DNA from: Theionarchaea archaeon
GTDB lineage: Archaea > Methanobacteriota_B > Thermococci > Methanofastidiosales > SZ-28-30
NCBI GenBank assembly: GCA_018992565.1
Contig: JACVGW010000010.1
Span: 1-55,595, forward strand
Direction of reading: 5' to 3'
Length of the DNA: 55,595 nucleotides
Below are positions 22,222-30,889 of this stretch, one piece after another. Position 1 is the first letter of the stretch; the number at the start of each line of letters is the position of its first letter. A program made the position numbers and the translations under genes. The notes below the pieces were generated by a model. It saw only the letters and a program-made list of their open reading frames with translations. It searched no databases and was not told where the DNA came from.

Positions 22222-22604
22222 ATGAAAAAAAAATACACCACAGGACTTACTCTCCTGATTGTCTTTGGGTTGGGTGGATGCTTGGTTTAAGATTTGTCTG
22301 AACATCCCGAAGAATCAAAGGAACCTCCTCAGGACTTTAATGAATGGTTTCAAAGACCTGTCATCCCCTTCACTACTATAGAACATGGAAGTGGGATTGA
22401 GGATTTAATGCCATTGAAAGACGTGACCTGAGAAGAATAGGAGGCGGAAACCCTCTTACTGATTGGATGCTTGGACCTCATCCTTTCAGGCAAATTGCGA
22501 TAGCATATAACGATTCGAATCCTTCCCAATACTTCTACTACCACCTGGTTCTTTCTGATGGATTTGATGTCATCATATACTTTGAGGATACCTCGCCAAT
22601 GTAA
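22222..22604 (+). pseudogene. Erythromycin-esterase-family lipoprotein remnant (nonsense codon plus large internal deletion)
   Basis: Lipoprotein signal MKKKYTTGLTLLIVFGLGGC, TAA at 22288-22290, then in frame W...VIPFTTIEHGSGIEDLMPLKD. A shifted frame gives DLRRI...DW..GPHPFRQI...L.DGFDVIIYFEDTSP*. These resemble the N- and C-termini of Ere-family proteins. Confidence 0.65.
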
Positions 22605-22698
22605 CTTCTCTATCAAGTCTAAACAGCATTCATGACCCAGACTCCTGCACGATGGTGCAGTGGCACAACCTTTATTAGACATATTCAGAAGTTGTCAT

Positions 22699-23958
22699 AT
22701 GCTGCTCGAAACAGCTCAACTCTTGTGGAAGATCCGAAAGGAACAGTGGCTCTCTCCGGACATACTCGAGGACATTCAACAGGAACGACTGAGAAAAATG
22801 GTCGGCCATGCGTACAAGAATACTCGGTTCTACAGGGACGTATTCAATAGATGTGGGATTACTCCTCAGGACATCAAGACCAAAGAGGACCTTGCTACTC
22901 TCCCCCCTACGACCAAGAGCGACCTTCAGGACAGGTTTAAAGATCTGATTGCTTCAGGTTACTCCACTGAGAATTGCTATGTATACAATACTTCGGGGTC
23001 TACAGGTACTCCCGCTACTGTACTATATGATCCATATACCAAAGCTTATACAGGGGCTGAAGACTATGTCTTCATGTTTGATGTAGGGTACAGACCTTGG
23101 GAGAAGATTGCCTACACCAAAAGAAAACCCTGGGCATCTCATCCTCTGCAGGCTCTTGGAATCATGCGAGCCTGCCACATACTGTCTTCTCTCCCTGAAG
23201 AAGAACAGGCCCGTCTCCTTCAAGAGATACATCCTTCGCTCATCATTTCATATCCCATTCTCCTGCACTCCATTGCCCGTGCTGCACGTTCTGAACACTA
23301 CACCGTCCATCCACGGGCTGTCATTGTGGGTGGAGAACTGCTCACCCCACAGGTGCGCTCTTTCATTGAGGAGGTCTTGTCCACATCTCTCTATGAGACA
23401 TATGCTACAGTTGAATTTGCCACCATAGCCAAAGAGTGCTCCCACCACAACTGGCATATTCACAGCACCCGGTGTTTGGTTGAATTCGTTGAAGGGAAAA
23501 TACTGGTAACAGGACTGATCAATAAGGCCCTTCCTCTCCTGCGCTATGAAATCGGTGACATGGGTGCACCCAAGAACGGACTTTGTCCCTGTGGACGAGG
23601 GTACCCCATGATGCAGATTCTCGAGGGACGACTGGGAGACCTCTTCATTCTCCCCAACGGGAGAGAAATTCCCCCACTCCGCGTATTCAAGACGCGGCTG
23701 ATACTGGATAGCAATGTGGCTGCAAAGAGATATCAGATAATCCAGGAGGACTATGACCATTTCATCATTCGCGTCGTCCCCACATCGAATTTCACGAAAG
23801 CTATAGCCCAGCAATTGAGAGAGCAACTGGTAGAAGACCTGCAGTATCCTGTGAATGTTGAGATTGACGAGGTGGACGAGATCCCCTTGATTGACGATCG
23901 CAAGCTGAGGGTCAATATCTCTCGTGTCAAGAAGAACCATTGCGAAGATTCCGTATGA
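22699..23958 (+). CDS. CapK/PaaK-like adenylate-forming enzyme 2
   Basis: LP.TTK, NTSGSTG, YATVE, PLLRYEIGD, CPCGRG and EGR.GD. Start at 22699 or 22660. Confidence 0.88.
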   Translation: MLLETAQLLWKIRKEQWLSPDILEDIQQERLRKMVGHAYKNTRFYRDVFNRCGITPQDIKTKEDLATLPPTTKSDLQDRFKDLIASGYSTENCYVYNTSGSTGTPATVLYDPYTKAYTGAEDYVFMFDVGYRPWEKIAYTKRKPWASHPLQALGIMRACHILSSLPEEEQARLLQEIHPSLIISYPILLHSIARAARSEHYTVHPRAVIVGGELLTPQVRSFIEEVLSTSLYETYATVEFATIAKECSHHNWHIHSTRCLVEFVEGKILVTGLINKALPLLRYEIGDMGAPKNGLCPCGRGYPMMQILEGRLGDLFILPNGREIPPLRVFKTRLILDSNVAAKRYQIIQEDYDHFIIRVVPTSNFTKAIAQQLREQLVEDLQYPVNVEIDEVDEIPLIDDRKLRVNISRVKKNHCEDSV

Positions 23959-24078
23959 CTGCGACAATGAATGAGATATCAAAGTGACTCAAGGAGACAC
24001 CAATAGATTCAAATATGAGAAGACGAGAGACATTCTCAGGAGGACTACACTTATAAGGAACCAATGGGAGGAAATCAA

Positions 24079-25335
24079 ATGCTAATCCGGACAATGTATT
24101 ATCTGCCTCAAGTTCTGGCCAGGGAGTGGAAGACTACAGCCTCCATACAGAGACATTCGCTGGCCGAAGCACGCTCCCTGCTACGAGATGTACTTCGGAC
24201 CAATGTATTCTACAAGAAGAAACTGGAACATATTACTATAGAGGAAATACAATCATGTGAAGATTTGTCTGTCATTCCTTTTACAACGAAAGATGAGTTG
24301 AGGAGAGGATTTCCCGATGTAATCTCGAAAGGGTACACTCCCGAGGGCTGTATCCATGAATCAACATCAGGTTCTACAGGTGATGTACTCAACATCTACC
24401 ATGATCCCGCTGCATACAGCTTCTATGATGCAGTATCTCTCAGGGAGTACATGGGGCTGAACTTATGGCCCTGGTATAGAATGTCATACATCAGATTCGA
24501 GCAACAACCTGCAAGGATATTTGAGTATCTGGGGATTCTCCGTAAGCGCTACATTCCTGTGGCTGTTCCTGCAGAGGAACAGCTCCGTCTGGTGCAGAAT
24601 CATAATCCTGACGTTGCCAGTGGGTATCCGTCCTCATTGTACGAAATAGCCCGCCTGTACAGGGAGAACCCTGGTTCACTGAGGCTGAAGATGGTTCTCT
24701 CCAACTCCGAACTGCTTACAGAATCCACAAGGGAGTACCTGGAGTCCACATTCAACTGTCCCGTTTATGATGACTACTCCTCTTTTGAATTACATAACAT
24801 TGGAGCTGAGTGTGCTCTCAAGAGCATGCATATACACATTGACAACAACATTGTGGAAATCATCAAAGACGGGGAACAGGCTGCCCCTGGAGAGGTTGGA
24901 GAGATAGTAGTCACCAATATCAGAAACAGGGCCATGCCTTTCATACGGTACAGGACGGGTGACTACGGCGCACTCGATGAAGAACCCTGCCCCTGTGGTC
25001 GAGGACTGCCAGTGTTCAAGAGCATTGAAGGACGGAAAGATGAGTATCTGGTCTTGCCTTCGGGCGGTCATGTTTCTCCCCGCGTATTCGACCCCCTGGA
25101 CCTGATATTTCACCTGTACGTTTCCAAATTTCAGATTATACAGAAGAAGAAGGACGAATTCCTGATAAAAGTGGTTAGAGAAGCGAATTACCATGATGAT
25201 GTGACGAAAACACTTGTAAGAGAAGCAAAGAGGTGTTTTCCAGAGCCCATAGAGGTAGAGGTTATGCCAGTAGAGGACATTTCCAGAACAGGAAGAGGCA
25301 AGTTGCGTGCAGTCCTGTGTGAGGTGAACTCGTGA
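24079..25335 (+). CDS. CapK/PaaK-like adenylate-forming enzyme 3
   Basis: IPFTTK, STSGSTG, GYPS, YSSFE, AMPFIRYRTGD, IEGRKDE and GKLR; GGAGG RBS before 24079. Confidence 0.9.
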   Translation: MLIRTMYYLPQVLAREWKTTASIQRHSLAEARSLLRDVLRTNVFYKKKLEHITIEEIQSCEDLSVIPFTTKDELRRGFPDVISKGYTPEGCIHESTSGSTGDVLNIYHDPAAYSFYDAVSLREYMGLNLWPWYRMSYIRFEQQPARIFEYLGILRKRYIPVAVPAEEQLRLVQNHNPDVASGYPSSLYEIARLYRENPGSLRLKMVLSNSELLTESTREYLESTFNCPVYDDYSSFELHNIGAECALKSMHIHIDNNIVEIIKDGEQAAPGEVGEIVVTNIRNRAMPFIRYRTGDYGALDEEPCPCGRGLPVFKSIEGRKDEYLVLPSGGHVSPRVFDPLDLIFHLYVSKFQIIQKKKDEFLIKVVREANYHDDVTKTLVREAKRCFPEPIEVEVMPVEDISRTGRGKLRAVLCEVNS

Positions 25336-26273
25336 TTCGGAGGCTTCGTATCTCTGACACGGATCAATTCGTGGACATCTTAAACAACGCCTTTGGCAGG
25401 GAGCTCCACCACATTGGAGGGCAGTATAGAGTGACCAAGAGGAGAATGAAGATCCAGTATCTGGGAATCCGGTTGCTGCAGAAATTATTCGGCGATATAA
25501 GGAATCTGCAGGACATATTTGCGTACTATGATGGATCCACTGTGTTGGGTATTACCCAGATGGTTCTCATGAATGCACGGGGAGATCACTGGTACACGGA
25601 GATGACTGCAGTAAGGGAAAACCTCCAGAAGAAGGGAGTAGGGACTGCTCTGAAGCAGTTTACAGTAAATCACTACATGGGAAGAGCACGGCGATTTTTT
25701 GGGAACCTCAGGGAAGAAAATGTGGCATCACTGAAAGCAAATACCCGGGCAGGATATATTCCATACGTGAGAAATATCCTGTTTAAGAAGGAACCATCCA
25801 GCAGACGCGAGAACCGAGAGATTGAAGGGTTCAGGCGCTTCAAAGGAGATGAGAAAGGAGTGTTCGATCTCTATATGAAAACTACTCCTCCTGAAATTGT
25901 AGAATTGGAGGACAAGACTCCCGAGGACTTCAGTTTGGGAATAATGATGAAACTACTCGGTCTTCTGCATGTGTTCACGGGAGAACACGACAGACGGTAT
26001 GTTATTGAACGTGATGGAATCATCTGTGCTTACTTTTCCTTTGAGCAGCTGTGGTTAACCTATGAGAATCTGGAGTTCATGGTTGATCCTGCCAGTGGTA
26101 TATCCAAAGAGGCTGTGAATGATGTTATATCGACAGTCTCTCCTTCGAGCCATATAGTCTGCTATGTCCCTGAATACCGGGAACCGGAGAAGCAGAGCCT
26201 GATTGATGCAGGGTTTGAAGTAGAAGAACCGTACTTGAAGATTGTGCGAGTTTTCGAGGTGGATGAGCAATGA
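25332..26273 (+). CDS. GNAT-family N-acetyltransferase (two-domain)
   Basis: V..NLQKKGVGTAL motif A and N.ASL....RAGY; translationally coupled to both neighbours. Confidence 0.8.
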   Translation: MIRRLRISDTDQFVDILNNAFGRELHHIGGQYRVTKRRMKIQYLGIRLLQKLFGDIRNLQDIFAYYDGSTVLGITQMVLMNARGDHWYTEMTAVRENLQKKGVGTALKQFTVNHYMGRARRFFGNLREENVASLKANTRAGYIPYVRNILFKKEPSSRRENREIEGFRRFKGDEKGVFDLYMKTTPPEIVELEDKTPEDFSLGIMMKLLGLLHVFTGEHDRRYVIERDGIICAYFSFEQLWLTYENLEFMVDPASGISKEAVNDVISTVSPSSHIVCYVPEYREPEKQSLIDAGFEVEEPYLKIVRVFEVDEQ

Positions 26274-27298
26274 ATGAGGAACCGGAGGTATCAATACACA
26301 CGACTGTCCGTGATTTTACAGAGGAAGAGTGGAACAGAGTAGCAGACAGTATGTTTCCCGAGTGTTGTCACGGCTGGTACAGGGCTGTGGAAGACTCCTG
26401 TATGCGGGACATGTATTACGTGGCACTCAGGCAGAAGAATGCTCTGACAGCAGTGCTTGGCTGCTGCCCCTTTGTTGAGAAGCAGTTCGGGATCAGCATT
26501 CCTTTCTTGGAGGTAGGGAGTCCCCTGGGCACTGCATCATCATTCTTTCTGGAGAGCCCTGAACATGTTGCGCTTCTTTTGGGAGGCGTAGAACAGATTT
26601 TAGAGCTGGAAAAGATCAAAGGAATACTGATCTTTGATCTTAAACAAGAAGAAGCCGATCTCATCAAGGGACATCTCAGGGGATTCTCACCGTACCACGA
26701 ACCTGATAGAACATATATTGATCTCGGCTTTTCTGATTTTGAGGACTATCTGGAATCTCTCGATTCCAGCAACAGGAGGAGCATCAGGAAGACTCTCAAC
26801 AGGGCTGAAAAGCGGTGGAAAATCAGGCACATTCTTACCAGTGAACTGTCAAAATGGGGAGCCACAGCTCACAGATTACAGGCGTATTTGTGCCAGGAAC
26901 ACCGTGACTTCCGCATGCATCTCAGTGTGCCGTTCTATGAAGCTCTGGAAAAAAACATGGAGAAATCGGCAGAACTCACCGTATTCCTGAAAGATGACAT
27001 ACCTCTGGCAACTGGACTGGTATTGAACTCCCAGGAAGCAGCAGTCCACAAGTTTCCGGGCGTGGATCCTGGATACAGACAGTATCAGGCCTATTTTCTG
27101 CTGTACTACGAGGGGATACGAACAGCCATTGAACGGAAACAGAAGAGAATCTACTTTGGCACCACCACCTATGGCTTTAAGGAGAAGATTGGCTGTGGAA
27201 AAGAGCCACTGCTGGGATTTGTCAAGTTCATGAACCCGGTGGCAACTGGGTTGTTGGGGCATTTTCTCACCTGGAGATCATCGAGGCTGAATCGGTAG
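26270..27298 (+). CDS. FemAB-like / GNAT transferase
   Basis: EEWN, FEDYLESL.S..RRSIRK, YF.LYYE.I..AIE and FGTTTY.FK.K.G. Confidence 0.8.
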   Translation: MNEEPEVSIHTTVRDFTEEEWNRVADSMFPECCHGWYRAVEDSCMRDMYYVALRQKNALTAVLGCCPFVEKQFGISIPFLEVGSPLGTASSFFLESPEHVALLLGGVEQILELEKIKGILIFDLKQEEADLIKGHLRGFSPYHEPDRTYIDLGFSDFEDYLESLDSSNRRSIRKTLNRAEKRWKIRHILTSELSKWGATAHRLQAYLCQEHRDFRMHLSVPFYEALEKNMEKSAELTVFLKDDIPLATGLVLNSQEAAVHKFPGVDPGYRQYQAYFLLYYEGIRTAIERKQKRIYFGTTTYGFKEKIGCGKEPLLGFVKFMNPVATGLLGHFLTWRSSRLNR

Positions 27299-27495
27299 CC
27301 TGCGGGTCTATTCTCAGGAAAAACAGAGAAAAAAAGAGACAGAAATTCATTTGGGCTATGAAGATCTGAGGCCCGTGTGTGGAACTGTAGGGATCAGAAC
27401 GCAGCCATAACTTTGCACAGTATTGTCTCCACTCTCTCTGAGGGAATTTACCGTCTTCCGGTAATATTATAAAGGTAACCTGCAAAGAACCCTCG

Positions 27496-28812
27496 GTGAC
27501 AGAAGAGCTTGCTCCAACAGAGATACTGGAACTGGAACTTCCTCCAGGAATAAGCATCTTGATTGTGGGTCCTCCTGGAAGTGGGAAAACCATTCTTGCC
27601 CAGCAGTTGGTACATCGAGCCTTGGAAAGAGGGAAATCAGCCATTATAATGGCCTCCAAGAGTCAGGTCAATGCGCTGCGCTCACAGGAAAAGCTATTTG
27701 GATGGGATGTTTCTCAGTACCTCAGCGATGGACGTCTGGGCCTCATGGAAATCGAAAATGTCGGTGATCCATCTGAACTGAACATAGGACTCGCCCAGAT
27801 CATACAGGAAGTCACTCCCTCCCTTGCTCTTGTGGTGGTGGATTCTTTGACAGTGCTGATGGTGGCTATGGAAGAGAGGAACATCATGAAGTTCACCGAG
27901 GGACTGGCAAGAAAACTCCAAGACCACAGTGTCAGCTCGCTGCTCCTGGCTACTCCTACCAAGGAGACGGAGGATTTTCTCACCAAGATGAAATCTCTGG
28001 TGTCTTCCGTCATCGAGATACGATTGACAGAAATTGGGACCATACATAGATATATGCGCATTTTCAAGTTCCTGGACAGAAAGCATTCAACCTTATGGTA
28101 TCCTTTTGAAATTACCAGTGGAGGGATCATGTTTGCAGCTTCTGCGGTAAAGACCCCTGACACGTTTCTCTTTGATCTGGATGGCACACTGGTGACCATG
28201 GAATTGGATTTTGTGAAGATCAGGAAAGAGGTGGACCGCATTCTTGTTAGATGGGGATATCCACCTGAGCTTCTGGAAGAGACCAGGTCCACCCTTGAGA
28301 CTATTCGAGAGGCAGTGTCCTACCTCGACAGTCACAGCCAGGATGGAGAAGGCCTGAAGAAAGAGGCAGAGACATACCTGGAGCAGGTGGAAATGGAAGC
28401 TGCCTCCAGGGCCCAGCTTATTGAGGGAGCAAAAACTGTCCTGCAGATTTTGAAAAAAAAGAAAAAGAAGATAGGGATTATTACCCGGAATCATCGAGCA
28501 GTGGCACTGAAGGTACTCAAGAGATGTGGCCTGGAGCAGTTTGTGGATCTTCTTTTGGCACGAGATGATGTGGAACGGGTCAAGCCCCATCCTGACCACA
28601 TGCTGGAAGCAGTGAGACGCCTGGGATCGGAGCCTGAGAAAACTGTGGTTCTGGGAGATCACCACTACGAGATTGAAGCAGGAAACGAGGCAGGGTGTTT
28701 TACCATTGGTGTTTTGACCGGGTCAGGAACCAGAAAAACCTTAAAAGATGCAGATCTCATCTTGAATTCTGTTGAGGATTTGAAAGAAGTATTCAGAACC
28801 GTGGGACGATGA
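27496..28812 (+). CDS. KaiC/RAD55-like ATPase fused to HAD-superfamily phosphatase
   Basis: GPPGSGKT, VVVDSL and R.M.I.K...H....PFEIT..GI, followed by FDLDGT, ITRN, KPHP and GD...EI.AG. Confidence 0.85.
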   Translation: MTEELAPTEILELELPPGISILIVGPPGSGKTILAQQLVHRALERGKSAIIMASKSQVNALRSQEKLFGWDVSQYLSDGRLGLMEIENVGDPSELNIGLAQIIQEVTPSLALVVVDSLTVLMVAMEERNIMKFTEGLARKLQDHSVSSLLLATPTKETEDFLTKMKSLVSSVIEIRLTEIGTIHRYMRIFKFLDRKHSTLWYPFEITSGGIMFAASAVKTPDTFLFDLDGTLVTMELDFVKIRKEVDRILVRWGYPPELLEETRSTLETIREAVSYLDSHSQDGEGLKKEAETYLEQVEMEAASRAQLIEGAKTVLQILKKKKKKIGIITRNHRAVALKVLKRCGLEQFVDLLLARDDVERVKPHPDHMLEAVRRLGSEPEKTVVLGDHHYEIEAGNEAGCFTIGVLTGSGTRKTLKDADLILNSVEDLKEVFRTVGR

Positions 28813-29290
28813 TCATGTCCTGGGTTCCATAAGCAGTATAGCGTCCTTGAAGATAGAATTCTCCTGTTAGGGCAGCTACTGCTGCGTCCAGTTCATGAAG
28901 GTTGGACGGGATCACGTCAATTCCGTAGGAAGTGACATCTTCCATTCTGACAATGCCCAGGATTTTCTTTGCCGCGTGAGGATACACCTCAATCACCTTG
29001 CAGGAGAGAGAATTCTTCAATCTTATACCTCTTTGAGTGAGAGACTGCATCCCCCTAAAGGTGAGAGGAAGGATGGGGAAGTGGGCTCTGAGTTCTCTGT
29101 CACCGTCTCTGAAGTGTTCTCCCCGGAATGAGAGAGGAGCGTCAAGTGCTGCCAGAGCAATATTATTCTGATTCAGTATGGTGAGGATTTCTGTATCAGT
29201 ATACACAGTGTGGAGATACACCTCCGTGTTAAGGATACACAGTCCCGTGGGACGGGATTCAATTCCAGCCAGATCTATGCCTGCAATCAC
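28793..29290 (-). CDS. DUF429 family predicted RNase H-fold nuclease
   Basis: GIDLAG, LDAPLS, R..DR.L, IEVYP and HELDA..AA. Probable GTG start at 29290. Confidence 0.85.
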   Translation of the reverse strand: MIAGIDLAGIESRPTGLCILNTEVYLHTVYTDTEILTILNQNNIALAALDAPLSFRGEHFRDGDRELRAHFPILPLTFRGMQSLTQRGIRLKNSLSCKVIEVYPHAAKKILGIVRMEDVTSYGIDVIPSNLHELDAAVAALTGEFYLQGRYTAYGTQDMIIVPRF

Positions 29291-29396
29291 ATACAAAATG
29301 AGAGAGATTGTGTAATAAAGGTTCGGATATACGTTAAGACCAGGACAAGACAGAGAAACCACAAACCATATATATGGAAGTTGTGTAGAGAAAGAG

Positions 29397-30737
29397 ATGA
29401 ATAGCAAAGGGTTGCTCCTGATAGGCATTGTTATTCCTCATCTCATGATGGTTCCTGCTCAGGAGAAGATCACTATTACACAGTTTGACCAGTACTATGT
29501 TCTGTTGCCTTCAGGGAATTTGAAAGCAACGTGGGACATTACCATTCTACCTGAAGGCATTGTGAAGAGCATGATTCTCCATGCTTTTTTTTCAAAGAGG
29601 GCGTATGTGAATGATGTGGTAGTGTCAGATGCTCAGGGTAGTCTCAATTCACGGATGATTGACAGGGAAAGTGTCCCCCTTATGGAAATCACCTTCAGAG
29701 AACGTCTGGTCCAGGGAGAAGAATATCACTTCACCTGCGAGCTGGACGTTTGGAAGGCTGTGGACATCGGAGAAACAGAAGGGAGTTTCACCCTGCTCAC
29801 GGGATACAACTTTCCCATTGAGAAGCTCAACGTCACAACTGAACTGCCTGCAGGGACCAAATTGAGGAATTACTTTCCTGCAGACGGGAAGGTCACTTCT
29901 GGAGAGACATCTTCAATCTTCTGGTCTATGGGTTCTGTTCCTGCTGGATACAACATCCAGATCAGTGTGTCCTTTGACTTGTTGTCTCAGGCTTTTGCTG
30001 ACAACCTGTTTGCAGATGGAGTGAACTTATACACACTTCATGATTTCGATAATGCAGTTGAGAAGTTTCAACAGGCTCAGGAAATCTATCAATCGCTGAA
30101 TTTCTATGAGAAGGTCACTGAATGCAGTGTTTATTTGGACCGTATTGAAGGGATGAAAATCGGACTCCCTGTATTTGAAGAAGCTCTCACACTGTATCAG
30201 GACAAAAACTATGCACAGGCAGGTTCGAAGTTCACTGAAGTACAGGCTGTGTACCAGCTCCATCAGATATCTACAGATGAGGTCGATGGGTATATTGAAA
30301 GGTGCACTACATACCTTGAAGCATACAGTGAGCTTGACAGAGGAGATGAACAGGCTGATGTGGGAAACTACCAGGAGGCTGTGGATCACTATACGAAGGC
30401 CCGAGAGCTCTTTTCTCAGCTGGGAGACACTGTCATGATGGCACAGGTCGATTCCCTCATTCAGCAGATTACCCCGGTCACTCCACAACCTACGGATGCT
30501 CCTGCTGAAAGGAGAGGAGGGAACGTGTTGGTAGTGGTGGGACTCTTAGCTGCACTCGGCGTTGGAGGGGCACTGTATGTCACGAAGACGAAAAAGCCTG
30601 TCCCTGTGCGTACTGAGGATGAGATCAGAGAGGAGATGCGGCAGCTCAAGGCGCGGTTTGTCTATGGGGAAATCAACAAGAAAGATTATGAGGAACAGCT
30701 TGCTTCTCTTGAGGAACAGATTAAGAACCAAACGTGA
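29397..30737 (+). CDS. Exported membrane protein with beta-rich N-domain, TPR-like repeats, TM helix and SHOCT-like tail
   Basis: Signal peptide, repeated A...F.QA..Y helices, TM segment, LK.RFVYGEI...YE tail. Confidence 0.75.
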   Translation: MNSKGLLLIGIVIPHLMMVPAQEKITITQFDQYYVLLPSGNLKATWDITILPEGIVKSMILHAFFSKRAYVNDVVVSDAQGSLNSRMIDRESVPLMEITFRERLVQGEEYHFTCELDVWKAVDIGETEGSFTLLTGYNFPIEKLNVTTELPAGTKLRNYFPADGKVTSGETSSIFWSMGSVPAGYNIQISVSFDLLSQAFADNLFADGVNLYTLHDFDNAVEKFQQAQEIYQSLNFYEKVTECSVYLDRIEGMKIGLPVFEEALTLYQDKNYAQAGSKFTEVQAVYQLHQISTDEVDGYIERCTTYLEAYSELDRGDEQADVGNYQEAVDHYTKARELFSQLGDTVMMAQVDSLIQQITPVTPQPTDAPAERRGGNVLVVVGLLAALGVGGALYVTKTKKPVPVRTEDEIREEMRQLKARFVYGEINKKDYEEQLASLEEQIKNQT

Positions 30738-30889
30738 TTTTCAGAATTCTGGTGATTTCGTTTCATTTTCCGGGATGACCAGTGAGACGACTTATGTTCC
30801 CTCAAAAAAAAGATGAAGGAGGAATGCGGGGTGATCTCTTATCTCTCAGTCCTCTTTTCTGGAGACATTCTTCTGCGACTTTTTTCACT

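Noticed and set aside
22288..22290. Stop-codon readthrough (Sec/Pyl) in the esterase remnant
   Set aside because: The stop is TAA, and the gene also has a frameshifting deletion, which fits pseudogenisation.
23248..23982. Long antisense or alternate-frame ORFs (also 5365-5907, 27714-28292, 28093-28665, 40024-40611, 46551-47144)
   Set aside because: They are shadows of well-supported genes on the opposite strand, with no motifs of their own.
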